A stretch of DNA of 64,000 nucleotides from Octopus vulgaris (Eukaryota): NCBI GenBank assembly GCA_951406725.2, contig OX597818.1, positions 116,250,001-116,314,000 of the forward strand. The letters run 5' to 3'. Under the pieces are notes generated by a model that did not search any database, was not told where the DNA came from, and saw only the letters and a program-made list of their open reading frames with translations. Each line of letters begins with the position of its first letter. The first letter of the stretch is position 1. Shown here piece by piece: positions 53,661 to 64,000 of the stretch. The translations under genes were made by a program, and so were the position numbers.

Positions 53661-53902
53661 ACTACCTCCAAATTCTGTTCTTTTCAACATGTGATCTCTT
53701 AAGCACCACCAGCTCAAATATTGTCTCCTCTGTCTTCCCTCCTTGGGATCTTTCCTTCTCTTGTTTCCGATGAAGAGCTCCGCTCGAAACGTTAAACCCT
53801 CCTTTCCTTCTTTCCTGAGCGTCAATAATACTTTAATTGTTCCACGTCCTGCGTTGCTGTGTTTTCTTCTTTTTTTTTTCTGTGTTTTTTGTTTGGATTA
53901 AC

Positions 53903-53903
<1 letters not shown>
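53660..53903 (+). mobile_element. Short element between two (TA)n arrays with a minimal hammerhead at 53763-53797
   Basis: gttt-CCGATGA-a-gagc-tcc-gctc-GAAACGTT-aaac; homologous to 2060-2255. Confidence 0.7.
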
Positions 53904-53948
<45 letters not shown>

Positions 53949-54195
53949 TATATTGTATGCATATCTGCATACGTGTGGATACATTCACATATATATGCAT
54001 ATACACATATATATATAGTCTAAGGCTTAAATGTGTATATATGTGCTTATTTATGTATGTATGTATGTAAGTATGTACGTAATACATGTATATATATATT
54101 ATATACAAACACACACATATATATTAATATATATGATATATATATATAATGTTTATAATATGTATAATATATACTATATATATGTGTGTGTATGC

Positions 54196-54245
<50 letters not shown>

Positions 54246-54291
54246 GTATTTATGTACGTACGTATACATATATGAATGTATGTATGTACAT

Positions 54292-55160
54292 ATTTGGTCA
54301 CCCTATAAATAATGCGGTTTTTTTCAATTGCATGAAATAAAAGACGGTGGGGGATAGGATAAACTACCTGCATCAACTTGCTATTCTTAGTGCAAGTTTT
54401 GAAGAGTGCAGTTAGATTTTAACACTTATTTTTTCAAAGCTATAATGGAAGTGACAAAGGAGCATATTCGGCACATTTTGCTTTATGAGTTCAATATAGG
54501 CAACAACGCAACAGAAAGTGCGAGGAATATTAATGCAGTATATGGGGATAGGACAATAAGCGTAAGCCAGTGTCAACACTGGTTTCAGAAATTCTGAGCT
54601 GGAAACTACAGCCTAGAAGACGAGCCTCGTACTGGAAAATCTGTAGAGCTCGACGAGGACTTTTTGCAAACCCTAGTGGAACAAAATCACATCCTAACTT
54701 TTAAGGAACTAACAGAAAAGATTGGATTTGGTCATTCAACCAATCATCGATACCTGCGTGCTATCGGAAAACGACCATCTTTGGTTTCAAGACGAAAGAT
54801 ATTCGCCCATCAGGATAACACTCGGCCACATACAGCGAGGAGGACATTCCAAAAGCTGGAACAGTTTAAATAGGAAATTATGTCCCAACCGCCATATTCG
54901 TCGGACATTGCCCCATCTTATTTATTAATTCTGCAGTCTTCAAAATCATTTCGACGGTAAAATATGAGTTTTGTTGACGAGGTGAAACAGCACTGGTGTA
55001 GTATTTTTCGTCACGGACAAGTGAATTTTAGAAGAGGGTCCTTGCAAGTCTACCAGATAGATGGAAGAACATTGTAGAAAATAAAGAGAGTATATTTTAG
55101 ATTAAAAGAAAACTTTGTTTATCTTTATTTTGAAAAATAAAAGAAGTATAAAAGACAGCA
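54292..55160 (+). mobile_element. Internally deleted mariner relic
   Basis: MEVTKEHIRHILLYEF..GNNATESARNINAVYG...WFQKF*AGNYSLEDEPR.G, then HQDNTRPHTAR and PPYSSDIAP. Confidence 0.88.
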
Positions 55161-55254
55161 TTAGTTAGAAAAGACAGCATGAGTTAGAATAAGAACAATA
55201 ATAAACGAGTGAAGAACGAATATATAGTGTTTGTGTTTAAATGATGAACCCGTC

Positions 55255-55637
55255 GCTTTGTGGTCAGAAAATTGCTTCCCAACCACATTCTTTCGGTTTC
55301 ACTGTATGGCACCTTGGGCAAGTGTCTTCTACTATAGCCTCGGTGTCGACCAAAGCCTTGTGAGTGGATTTGGTAGAGGAAACTGAAAGAAGCCCGACGT
55401 ATATATATGTATATATATGTTTATGTTTGTGTGTCTATGTTTGTCCCCCCCACCATCACTTGACAACCGATGTTGGTGTGTTTATGTCTCCGTAACTGCG
55501 TGGTTCGGCAAAAGAAACCGATAGAAAAAAGTACTAGGCCGTACAACCAATAAGTCCTGGAGTCGATTTGTTCGACTAAAGGCGGTGTTCCAGCATGGCC
55601 GCAGTCAAACGACTGAACAAATAGAAGAATAAAAGAA
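55255..55637 (+). mobile_element. Near-full-length tRNA-type SINE with internal microsatellite
   Basis: Head ttgcttcccaaccac, body ggcaccttgggcaagtgtcttctactatagcc, shared tail ggcggtg.tccagcatggccgcagtc. Confidence 0.85.
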
Positions 55638-56027
55638 TATATTTACGCAGAAACACATCCATACATCCTGCTGCATATGTAGCTTTAGAGCACGGAGACG
55701 ATATATTATCTTATTTCATTTTGTCGTCAGCTTGGGCTATTTTCTGAAATTTCTTTTTTACGATATTGAATTATCCGTCGCTGTTCCGTGGTGCCAAACG
55801 ATATCAAGGAACATGAGACGACGCGTATTTAACTGGTTTATATCATGATGGCTTCTTTTGTTTGTATAAAAGATGTTTATTCTGTGAGAGTATGTATAGT
55901 GGCACAGGCAATTATAACAGCAAAAAGTATAGATATAAATACATAATAGAATAATAATTATACGACGAATGTAATGAAAGAACGAAAGCAAACGATGAAC
56001 GAGAACAAGAAACGTTTACTCTCTACA

Positions 56028-56100
<73 letters not shown>

Positions 56101-56285
56101 CGTTATATAATTAGGGTTCAGTAAAATAATTTACTTTACCACACACCGAACTTTTAGAAATAGCAGCCAAATAATCTTAGCTATTTCTTCTACTATAAAA
56201 AAAATCTCCCAGACAATGTATACTCAAAAATAATTCACGCAGGTATAGAGGGAAAAATAACGAAAGATCACACGTACATCGATTA

Positions 56286-56348
56286 CTTGAGAACGCCGTT
56301 TCTAGATTAGTTGAATATAAAGATCAACATTTCCTTCGTCAGCTCAAG
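56286..56348 (-). ncRNA. Type I hammerhead ribozyme, best-preserved in the window, within TA-flanked element ~56100-56448
   Basis: Minus strand: cttgag-CTGACGA-aggaaatgttga..tcaactaatcta-GAAAC-GGC-GTT-ctcaag; perfect 6-bp stem I and intact core. Confidence 0.75.
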
Positions 56349-56445
56349 ATTTCTTTAGATTTGGATTTGAGAGGATTAAAAATCGAACATACCCGTCTGA
56401 TATGAGTAATCCCAGACAAGCCACCTTCGACCGCCAGTACCAAGG

Positions 56446-56500
<55 letters not shown>

Positions 56501-56920
56501 TCGAGAAAGTAAGAGAGACATAAATGGGTTTTGTGAGTGGGTGTATATGAGAAGAGAGAGAGAGAGAAAAGAGGAGAAAGAGAGAAAGAGAGGGGAAAAA
56601 GAAATAAAAATAAGATAAGGGTAAAAGGGTAAAAATAAGAATAAAAATAAAATAAAAGTGAATGTAATGATAGAGATATGTGAGTATTGCTTCGGGGTGA
56701 GAGGTCAAATGTTAAAGTTTCAGTAATGTGGGGGTGGAGGACCAATCTAGGTAAGTCACAAAGGACAATAGTTTAGTGGTTAGTACTACACTCACACACA
56801 CATGAACTTATATATATATATATATATACATACACATATATACATACACATACATATATACACACAGATATATATATATACATAAGCGTACATATAAAGC
56901 ACATACATATATACATAGAT

Positions 56921-56957
<37 letters not shown>

Positions 56958-56989
56958 CTTATATCCATCCATCCATATATATACAGATA

Positions 56990-57231
56990 CGTTCGCTGCT
57001 TTCTTCCAAGGAATCTAATGCTCTTAGCTTAGTTTTTCCTTGGGGCTGGCCAGATTGGAGCAATCCGAAGTATAATCAGCCGAAAATGCGATGATAATCT
57101 GGTGCTTGACTAAAGAGAGAAAACTTCGAATGATCCGTCTTTGTTTTCTTTGTATAGTCCATCTGGATGTTTTGTTGTCCCTTTTTGTATCACCTAGCTG
57201 TCCGGATGTTTTGCATTCTTGTCCCATTTTG

Positions 57232-57235
<4 letters not shown>
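56990..57235 (+). mobile_element. TA-flanked interspersed repeat with conserved structured core (copy 2)
   Basis: Homologous to 15575-15780. Confidence 0.75.
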
Positions 57236-57278
<43 letters not shown>

Positions 57279-58514
57279 TATTATATATATATATATAGGT
57301 GGTTTTAGAGTCGGGTCATGGCTGCTATTTTCAGCATGGTAGTATCTCGTAGATACCCCAATTTAAAATTTTATATATATATATATATACGAGAATAAAT
57401 GAATACACATAAGAAAATAAATAAAAATAAATAAAAGTCACATTAAATAAACACAACTTTGAATCAATTATCACTGAGATATATCGTTCTATTCTAAATC
57501 TGTTCGCGCTCCAAATTTTCCCAGCCATGTGTTGCATTTTTTCATTGTGGAAATAATATCAATGTAATAAAATCGCTGGACTTCTAAATTGAAAGTAGGC
57601 TTCGACTTGCAGAGTTTGGAAGTTATGCTGACTGGCTGACTATGTAGAATATGTACCTAGGTATCGCTTAGTGATGAGTGAAGCATTCCAAGGAATATTG
57701 AATTGTCACGTAGAGACAATGCTTCAAATTTGGTATATGGGATGGAAGTGTATCTTGAACTACAATAACCCAAGTAGATAACTGGTTTTATTTCCTATAA
57801 AGAAAAGGATGAAAGGCACCAAATAAGAGGACTTGTATTCATGTCAAAGATCAATATTTTGTAAATTCCATTCACACATCTTTGAGAAATCACAATCAGA
57901 TTCTTAGATGTATTGATTTTTAACACACACGCACACATACACACGCGCACACAGAGACACAAACAGACACACACACGCACACATACATACACACACATGT
58001 ACACACGTACACATTCACGCGTACTCTACATCTGTGCATACTTGGGAATAAACATACAGACACACACACATTATATACATTTCTTATATACATTATATAT
58101 ATATATATCGATAGAAATGGTAAGAGAACAAAAGAATGAATGAGACCACCTCGATATTATGTAAATAGAGGAATTTATCTGTAAATGTAACATGTGACAA
58201 TTATTCGGTTGCCATGATAAAACTCCACACACAAACATAAACATATGTATATATCTTTATTTAGCTACCTATCTATATATGTTACATATAAATAATTACA
58301 AAAAGATTGTTATTTTAAGTGTTTCGCAAAACCGATCTTCATCAAAATCGAACATGTGAAATCGGAAATCGTTAACGACGAAATTCAAATCTAAGTGATT
58401 TCACACTTATTATTATTAGTAAAATATTCTGTGTACCTTTGTTATCTTTGTGCATAAAGAAATATACACACAGGGACACACCCAATTGTGGATGCAAATA
58501 TATCCGTACACACA

Positions 58515-58589
<75 letters not shown>

Positions 58590-58592
<3 letters not shown>

Positions 58593-59545
58593 TGTTAGAG
58601 GAATGTTTCGACCACTGTACATCAGGTGATTTCTTCTGGTTCACTGCCACCCACTGCCAATGACTCATTGTCACCAACCCTGAACTTCCACCATCTATTT
58701 CGTCCCTAAAATACATAAACAAGATTATCCCGGTCGCCCTATTGTTTCTGCTTGCAATTGCCTCACAACTTTTATCTCCCTACCTCGACAAAGTTTTATG
58801 TCTTCTTGTCACTGCCCTACTTTTGCATATCAAAGACACTAACCATGCACTACACCTCTTCACCGCGTTCTCTTTTACACCTGGTGAATCCCAAACTCTT
58901 TTTCACCATGGACCTTAAATCGTTGTGCACAGTCAACCCTCACAATGACGGTCTGTTAGCATTTAAACACTTCTTAGACATGAATCCAGCACTAATACAC
59001 TCCAACGCCTAGCTGAGCTCGTCTTAACACTCAGTTGCTTTTCCTTCTCTGGTGAATTTTATAAGTAGTTGAGCGGTGTTGCTATGGGCACCAGGATGGG
59101 TCTCAATTTTTCCAACTTCTTTGTAGCTTATGTAGAGGAGCAAATATTTGCTCATTTCTCTGGACCCATCCCAGAGATTTATGGTCGTTGCAATGACGAT
59201 TGCAATCTCTAGGAAACGAAAGGAGCAACAGGCATGAATGAACGTTTTTCCTTTCATCCTTCCACTTCCTCTTAATTCTTTTTTACCCTTTCTAATCCTC
59301 CCTCCACACACACTCTCTCTCTAACATTCCCGTATTTACTCACCTCTACTCTCTCAATCATCCTTTTACTCCTCCTTTCTGCACGCCTCCTCCTATAATT
59401 TCTGTTTCACGTTAGCAGCCCGTGTTATTCTTCATCCATTATCAGTTGCAGACAGTTTTTCAAGCCGAGAGGATGTAAACTCTGTTTGACTCCTTTCTCT
59501 TTTTCTCTACCCCCTGACGAAAGATTGAATCCGAAACGTTGGATA
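58590..59545 (+). mobile_element. Decayed PLE: RT remnant followed by hammerhead-like motif at 59511-59545
   Basis: PGRPIVSAC, LFTMDLKSLCT, GVAMGTRMG.NFSNFFVAYVEEQIF; ccc-CTGACGA-aagattgaatcc-GAAACGTT-gg. Confidence 0.7.
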
Positions 59546-59930
59546 TTACACTCCTCACGGCAAATTCACTGTATACCTTTCATATTTTCTATATATGTAT
59601 ACACACACACACACACACCAGCAAACACACATACATATTGATGCCTGATGAACGTACGCATGGACGAGCAGGCTGTTCCGTCGATCGGATCAACTGGAAC
59701 ACTCGTTGTCTAACCGACCGAGTGCCACGATTCTTAAATAAAATATTATTTACAGCGATTTCGAAGCTCCGGCCAGTTAAGACATCGTTGGATTGGCCGA
59801 AATTTCGACGTCGTTTGTCAATAATATCCATGCTTATGTATAATATATTTGTACTCTACAGTGGTATAAAGTAACCCAATAGACTAATGTAAAATTGTTT
59901 TTAATATAACTTCACATAAAACAAACATTA

Positions 59931-60013
<83 letters not shown>

Positions 60014-60478
60014 ACGTACACACATACATATACATGAATATATATGTCTCTTTAGAGAGAGCTTTTTTTATATCCAATACGCAATTACGACCGCTTCAGA
60101 AATTAAAGATATTATCTTAATCCATGTATTAATCTTCTACGATAATTTACTTGTCTTCTTTCAATAACTTTTACTATGTCGAAAGTATGCGCTGTTGTTG
60201 TGTCCCGAGAAAACACTGCACCGTCAAACATAAAAACAAACAAACAAAAAAACAAAACAAAAACGAAAAATGAGACATCAAAAATTAAAGATGTAAAATA
60301 CAAGAAAAAAACAAACAGTAAAATAAAACGATGCATGAGAATAAATAGAAATAAATAAATAAAATCTAATAACCACGCTGGTTTGTTATTGACATAGGTT
60401 TATTTGATGAAGAGCCAACCAATGATATTTGCATTCATTTTTCAGTACAGAATATTTGTCATATGGACAGACTTAGAT

Positions 60479-60838
60479 AATTGTTGTTAACAATTATTTA
60501 ACTTGATGTCTAGTGGAAGATCTAAGACACAAAAAAATCTCCCAGGCAGTGGAAGTTCTCGATACAGTTCGATATTCAGGGGGTTGCCACTTGTTACTCT
60601 GAAGGATCCCAAAATTCTTAAAACAGGGGTTCTTTAGAAAGCTGTAACCTAAAATTGAAGCAAGAATTGTTGTTAACAATTATTTAACTTGATGTCTAGT
60701 GGAAGATCTAAGACACAAAATAATCTCCCAGGCAGTGGAAGTTCTCGATACAGTTCGATATTCAGGGGGTTGCCACTTGTTACTCTGAAGGATCCCCAAA
60801 TTCTTAAAACAGCTGTAACCTAAAATTGAAGCAAGAAT
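60479..60838. repeat. Recent tandem duplication, 186-bp unit; second copy carries a 15-bp deletion
   Basis: aattgttgttaacaattattt...aattgaagcaagaa occurs twice. Confidence 0.95.
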
Positions 60839-61425
60839 GTTTAATTTGTGGTATCAAAATTAACATATAGAACTTATATTATAAATTTGGTAGACATAAA
60901 TCAATTGACAGGAGTATATGCAGGAATTCGGGAGTATTTAGGAAATTAGCATCTTTAACGTGATTGACTAACCTAACGTCAGTTATAAAATGGGAAGTTC
61001 TGGTTCGCTAATTCTCGAGAAAGGAGAATTTTGCTACGAACGACCAGCGATCTTGATGTGAAAACGATTTTGATTTCAATTTGAACAGATTTCAAGCCTG
61101 AATCTTTGAAGATAAGCTTTGAATTCTACAAATCTTTGTATAGAAGTAACCAGAATTATTGTGACAATGTATTCAGAGTTTTCTTTGATCTCTATTCTAC
61201 ATTTCGATGAACATTTAAATATTTATAATATTTTAAAAATTAAAATCTCTTACCAGATGGTTTTATGAAATTTCTGCAGTTATATTGAAATGTTTCCACG
61301 CGGTCTTTTGTAATTTGTCTCTGAATTCATTTATTATTCATTATCCATCTTGAATTTAATTAATAGACCTTACTGCAATTCATATATCCACATTCATACT
61401 TACTGCTTTATATATAGCAACCTAC

Positions 61426-61456
<31 letters not shown>

Positions 61457-61461
61457 TTTAT

Positions 61462-61550
<89 letters not shown>

Positions 61551-62059
61551 CATATATAGCAATGAAAAGATAAGTGATATAGATATCCACTTTATACAGC
61601 TCAACCGAGTAGGAATATAAAATTAAGGAGAGGAGAAGACAAATTCAAAGGCCGATACATATATTCATTCAATCCATATTAACGAAGTGCATACATAGAT
61701 GCATTCATCTATATGATATATAAAAATTTTAAAGAATTTATAAATACATATATAGACACGAAAATTTATAAATATATAAAAATTCATACACATATAAAAA
61801 TTTACAAACGCATAAAAATTCATATATGTAAATATATAAAAAAGGTGTAAGTCCATAAATGTAGTTGCGAAGTCCCAATAAAATGGATGATGAAGCGGAT
61901 GTAAACTGATTCATAAGTAGTCTGGAATATGTGTAAAGTTTATGCATAAAGTCTTACGGCCGTTTCGAAAAGATATATGTTGGTATGGGCGAGCTAACTC
62001 CAACCATAGCAATAGTCTATATTTCTCTCATCAGATGAATTTGTTTTCTACTCTCCTTA

Positions 62060-62104
<45 letters not shown>

Positions 62105-62131
62105 CAAATATATAAATACAACATATATATG

Positions 62132-62168
<37 letters not shown>

Positions 62169-62232
62169 TCTGTCCACAAGCAACACTGGACAGATTTAGA
62201 ACCGTATCTCATGGCACAACTAAGTTATTGTT

Positions 62233-62523
62233 CTGGAAATAGAGGTAATTCGAATGTGGACTCTAAAAACAGAAACAATTCCTCTCATAGTGGGCGCATT
62301 AGCTATGATAAAAAATATTCAGACAAATACATAACAAAAACACCAGGACTAACAAATATATATAACATAGAGAAAATAGCACTACTAGGCACTGCACATA
62401 TCCTACGCAAAACACATTCAATACAGTAACCATAAGAGCATCACTACAGATCACAGCTTATACCCTAGGCACATAGAGCTGCGCTCGGTAGTGTAGTGAA
62501 AGCACGTTGTAAAATTAAGACTA

Positions 62524-62527
<4 letters not shown>
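62233..62527 (+). mobile_element. 5'-truncated R4/Dong-type 3' end followed by (AAT)n 62528-62828
   Basis: LEIEVIRMW.LKTETIP.IVGAL.MIKKYSDKYITKTPG...GTAHILRKTHSIQ*. Confidence 0.88.
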
Positions 62528-62613
<86 letters not shown>

Positions 62614-62686
62614 GATAATAATGATAATAATGATAATAATAATAATAATAATAATAACAACAACAATAATAATAATAATGATGATG

Positions 62687-62753
<67 letters not shown>

Positions 62754-62755
62754 TA

Positions 62756-62814
<59 letters not shown>

Positions 62815-63379
62815 TAATAATAATAATAGGAGTTATCCTGAGAGCTTTAGCTTGCAAGCAAAAGTTAATCTTGTCAAATGTGTATGCTAATGTGTGATTA
62901 TCTGTGTTTATACTTCTCATGAAATATGAATTTTACAATGAAAAACAAAATAAAAAATAAAAGGTGACTTAACTAATTATGTCATATAAAGTAAAATATA
63001 TTTATTTCCCTAAAATACAGTGCGAAATGTGCTGCACAATGTAAAGAGACATGTTTTGTGTTATGTTCGAAGTATTGTGTACAAACTTATCATTTTTATG
63101 AATTTCTTTAATTACATTGGATTTTTCAAATAAATAAATTAATTTTCGTATAATTGAATTATTTTCTCATAAAAACAAAACAGAAAACGTGATAATGAAT
63201 TGAAGGTCTATTTCATTTAATAATTTGGTCTTGTTTTTAAAATTATAATTATATTAAAATTACATTAATTTGTTTAAAAATCTTAATAACATTTTTATAT
63301 TATTTTCGACGTATATGTCTTTCGATCAATCTGATCTGGACAAATATTTTCACTGGAACTATGAACTATTCAAGAGATA

Positions 63380-64000
63380 AAAACTTACTTGAAATCTTTA
63401 TTTTCGTTTCTCATTTAGTAAGATCTGATATATTTCATGTGTTTTTCAACAACCCACACGGAGGCGGGTTCGTCCTCATTGAAGATGGGTCCTGCTACGT
63501 AATGAAATCAACATCGTCATTCCGGAAGATGGACTGTACATCATGCTTCCTGCTTGATTTTGAATCTTTTTCTTGTAAATTTTCTCGCTTCACATTTAGT
63601 TTTTGGACTCTGGTAAATATCACTAATCATTCAGTTCCTGTCTTGTTACTATCGTCAAAAACGCAGGAGGTACTACTACAGGGAGTGGCATCTGTATCAG
63701 TCAAATTTTCTCAAACCCGCTCTTATTCTTACTGCAGTCTGTCGCTGCTCTTAATGTAATGCCCGTAGCAGAGAGTAGATCCTCTTCCAGATTAATTCCT
63801 GGATATGAGAGCAACTCGACCTCTTCCTATTGAGTTGTCACACACATCGCATTAGGAGCAAAACTTCGTAAATTGCTGTAGACAGTTTCCTTTCAACTTT
63901 TCTGAATAGAAAGCCGTTAATTGACTTTTGCTGCCGCATGTGTAGCAGCTGAGCATTCTGTCCTGACTTGCAACTCATAGCATCTTTCTAGGATAGTCTG
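63380..64000 (-). pseudogene. Possible decayed L1/Tx1 ORF1 (zinc-knuckle) remnant
   Basis: Minus strand RKML*V...SCYTCGSKSQLTAFYSEK resembles an eroded CX2CX4HX4C knuckle; many stops. Confidence 0.35.

Noticed and set aside
63361-63759. 132-aa plus-strand ORF
   Set aside because: No recognisable motif; likely the antisense shadow of a decayed minus-strand element.

Overview
AT-rich, microsatellite-dense eukaryotic DNA with no recognisable host gene. The SINE families and repeat composition suggest an octopus or other coleoid cephalopod (inference). The window is nearly all mobile-element sequence. It holds a near-full-length R4/Dong-type RT+RLE retrotransposon in an (AAT)n array plus 5'-truncated relatives, and a young Penelope-like element (PLE; RT + GIY-YIG) with direct and inverted pLTR copies. 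It also holds two head-to-tail non-autonomous Helitrons, a Tx1/L1 3' fragment in a (TATC)n array, several mariner/Tc1 relics, many tRNA-type SINEs, and about a dozen intact-to-decayed minimal hammerhead ribozyme motifs in short (TA)n-flanked elements. Most notable: (i) the PLE has an extra upstream ORF joined to the RT frame by an in-phase U_UUU_UUA -1 slippery site; (ii) a 4.4-kb fold-back palindrome with microhomology junctions and a templated insertion, fused to a 2.7-kb A4T4/32-bp satellite; (iii) a covarying 3'-UTR hairpin shared by three R4-type families; (iv) a covarying structured RNA in a TA-flanked repeat. Coordinates were read by eye and boundaries of decayed elements are approximate.
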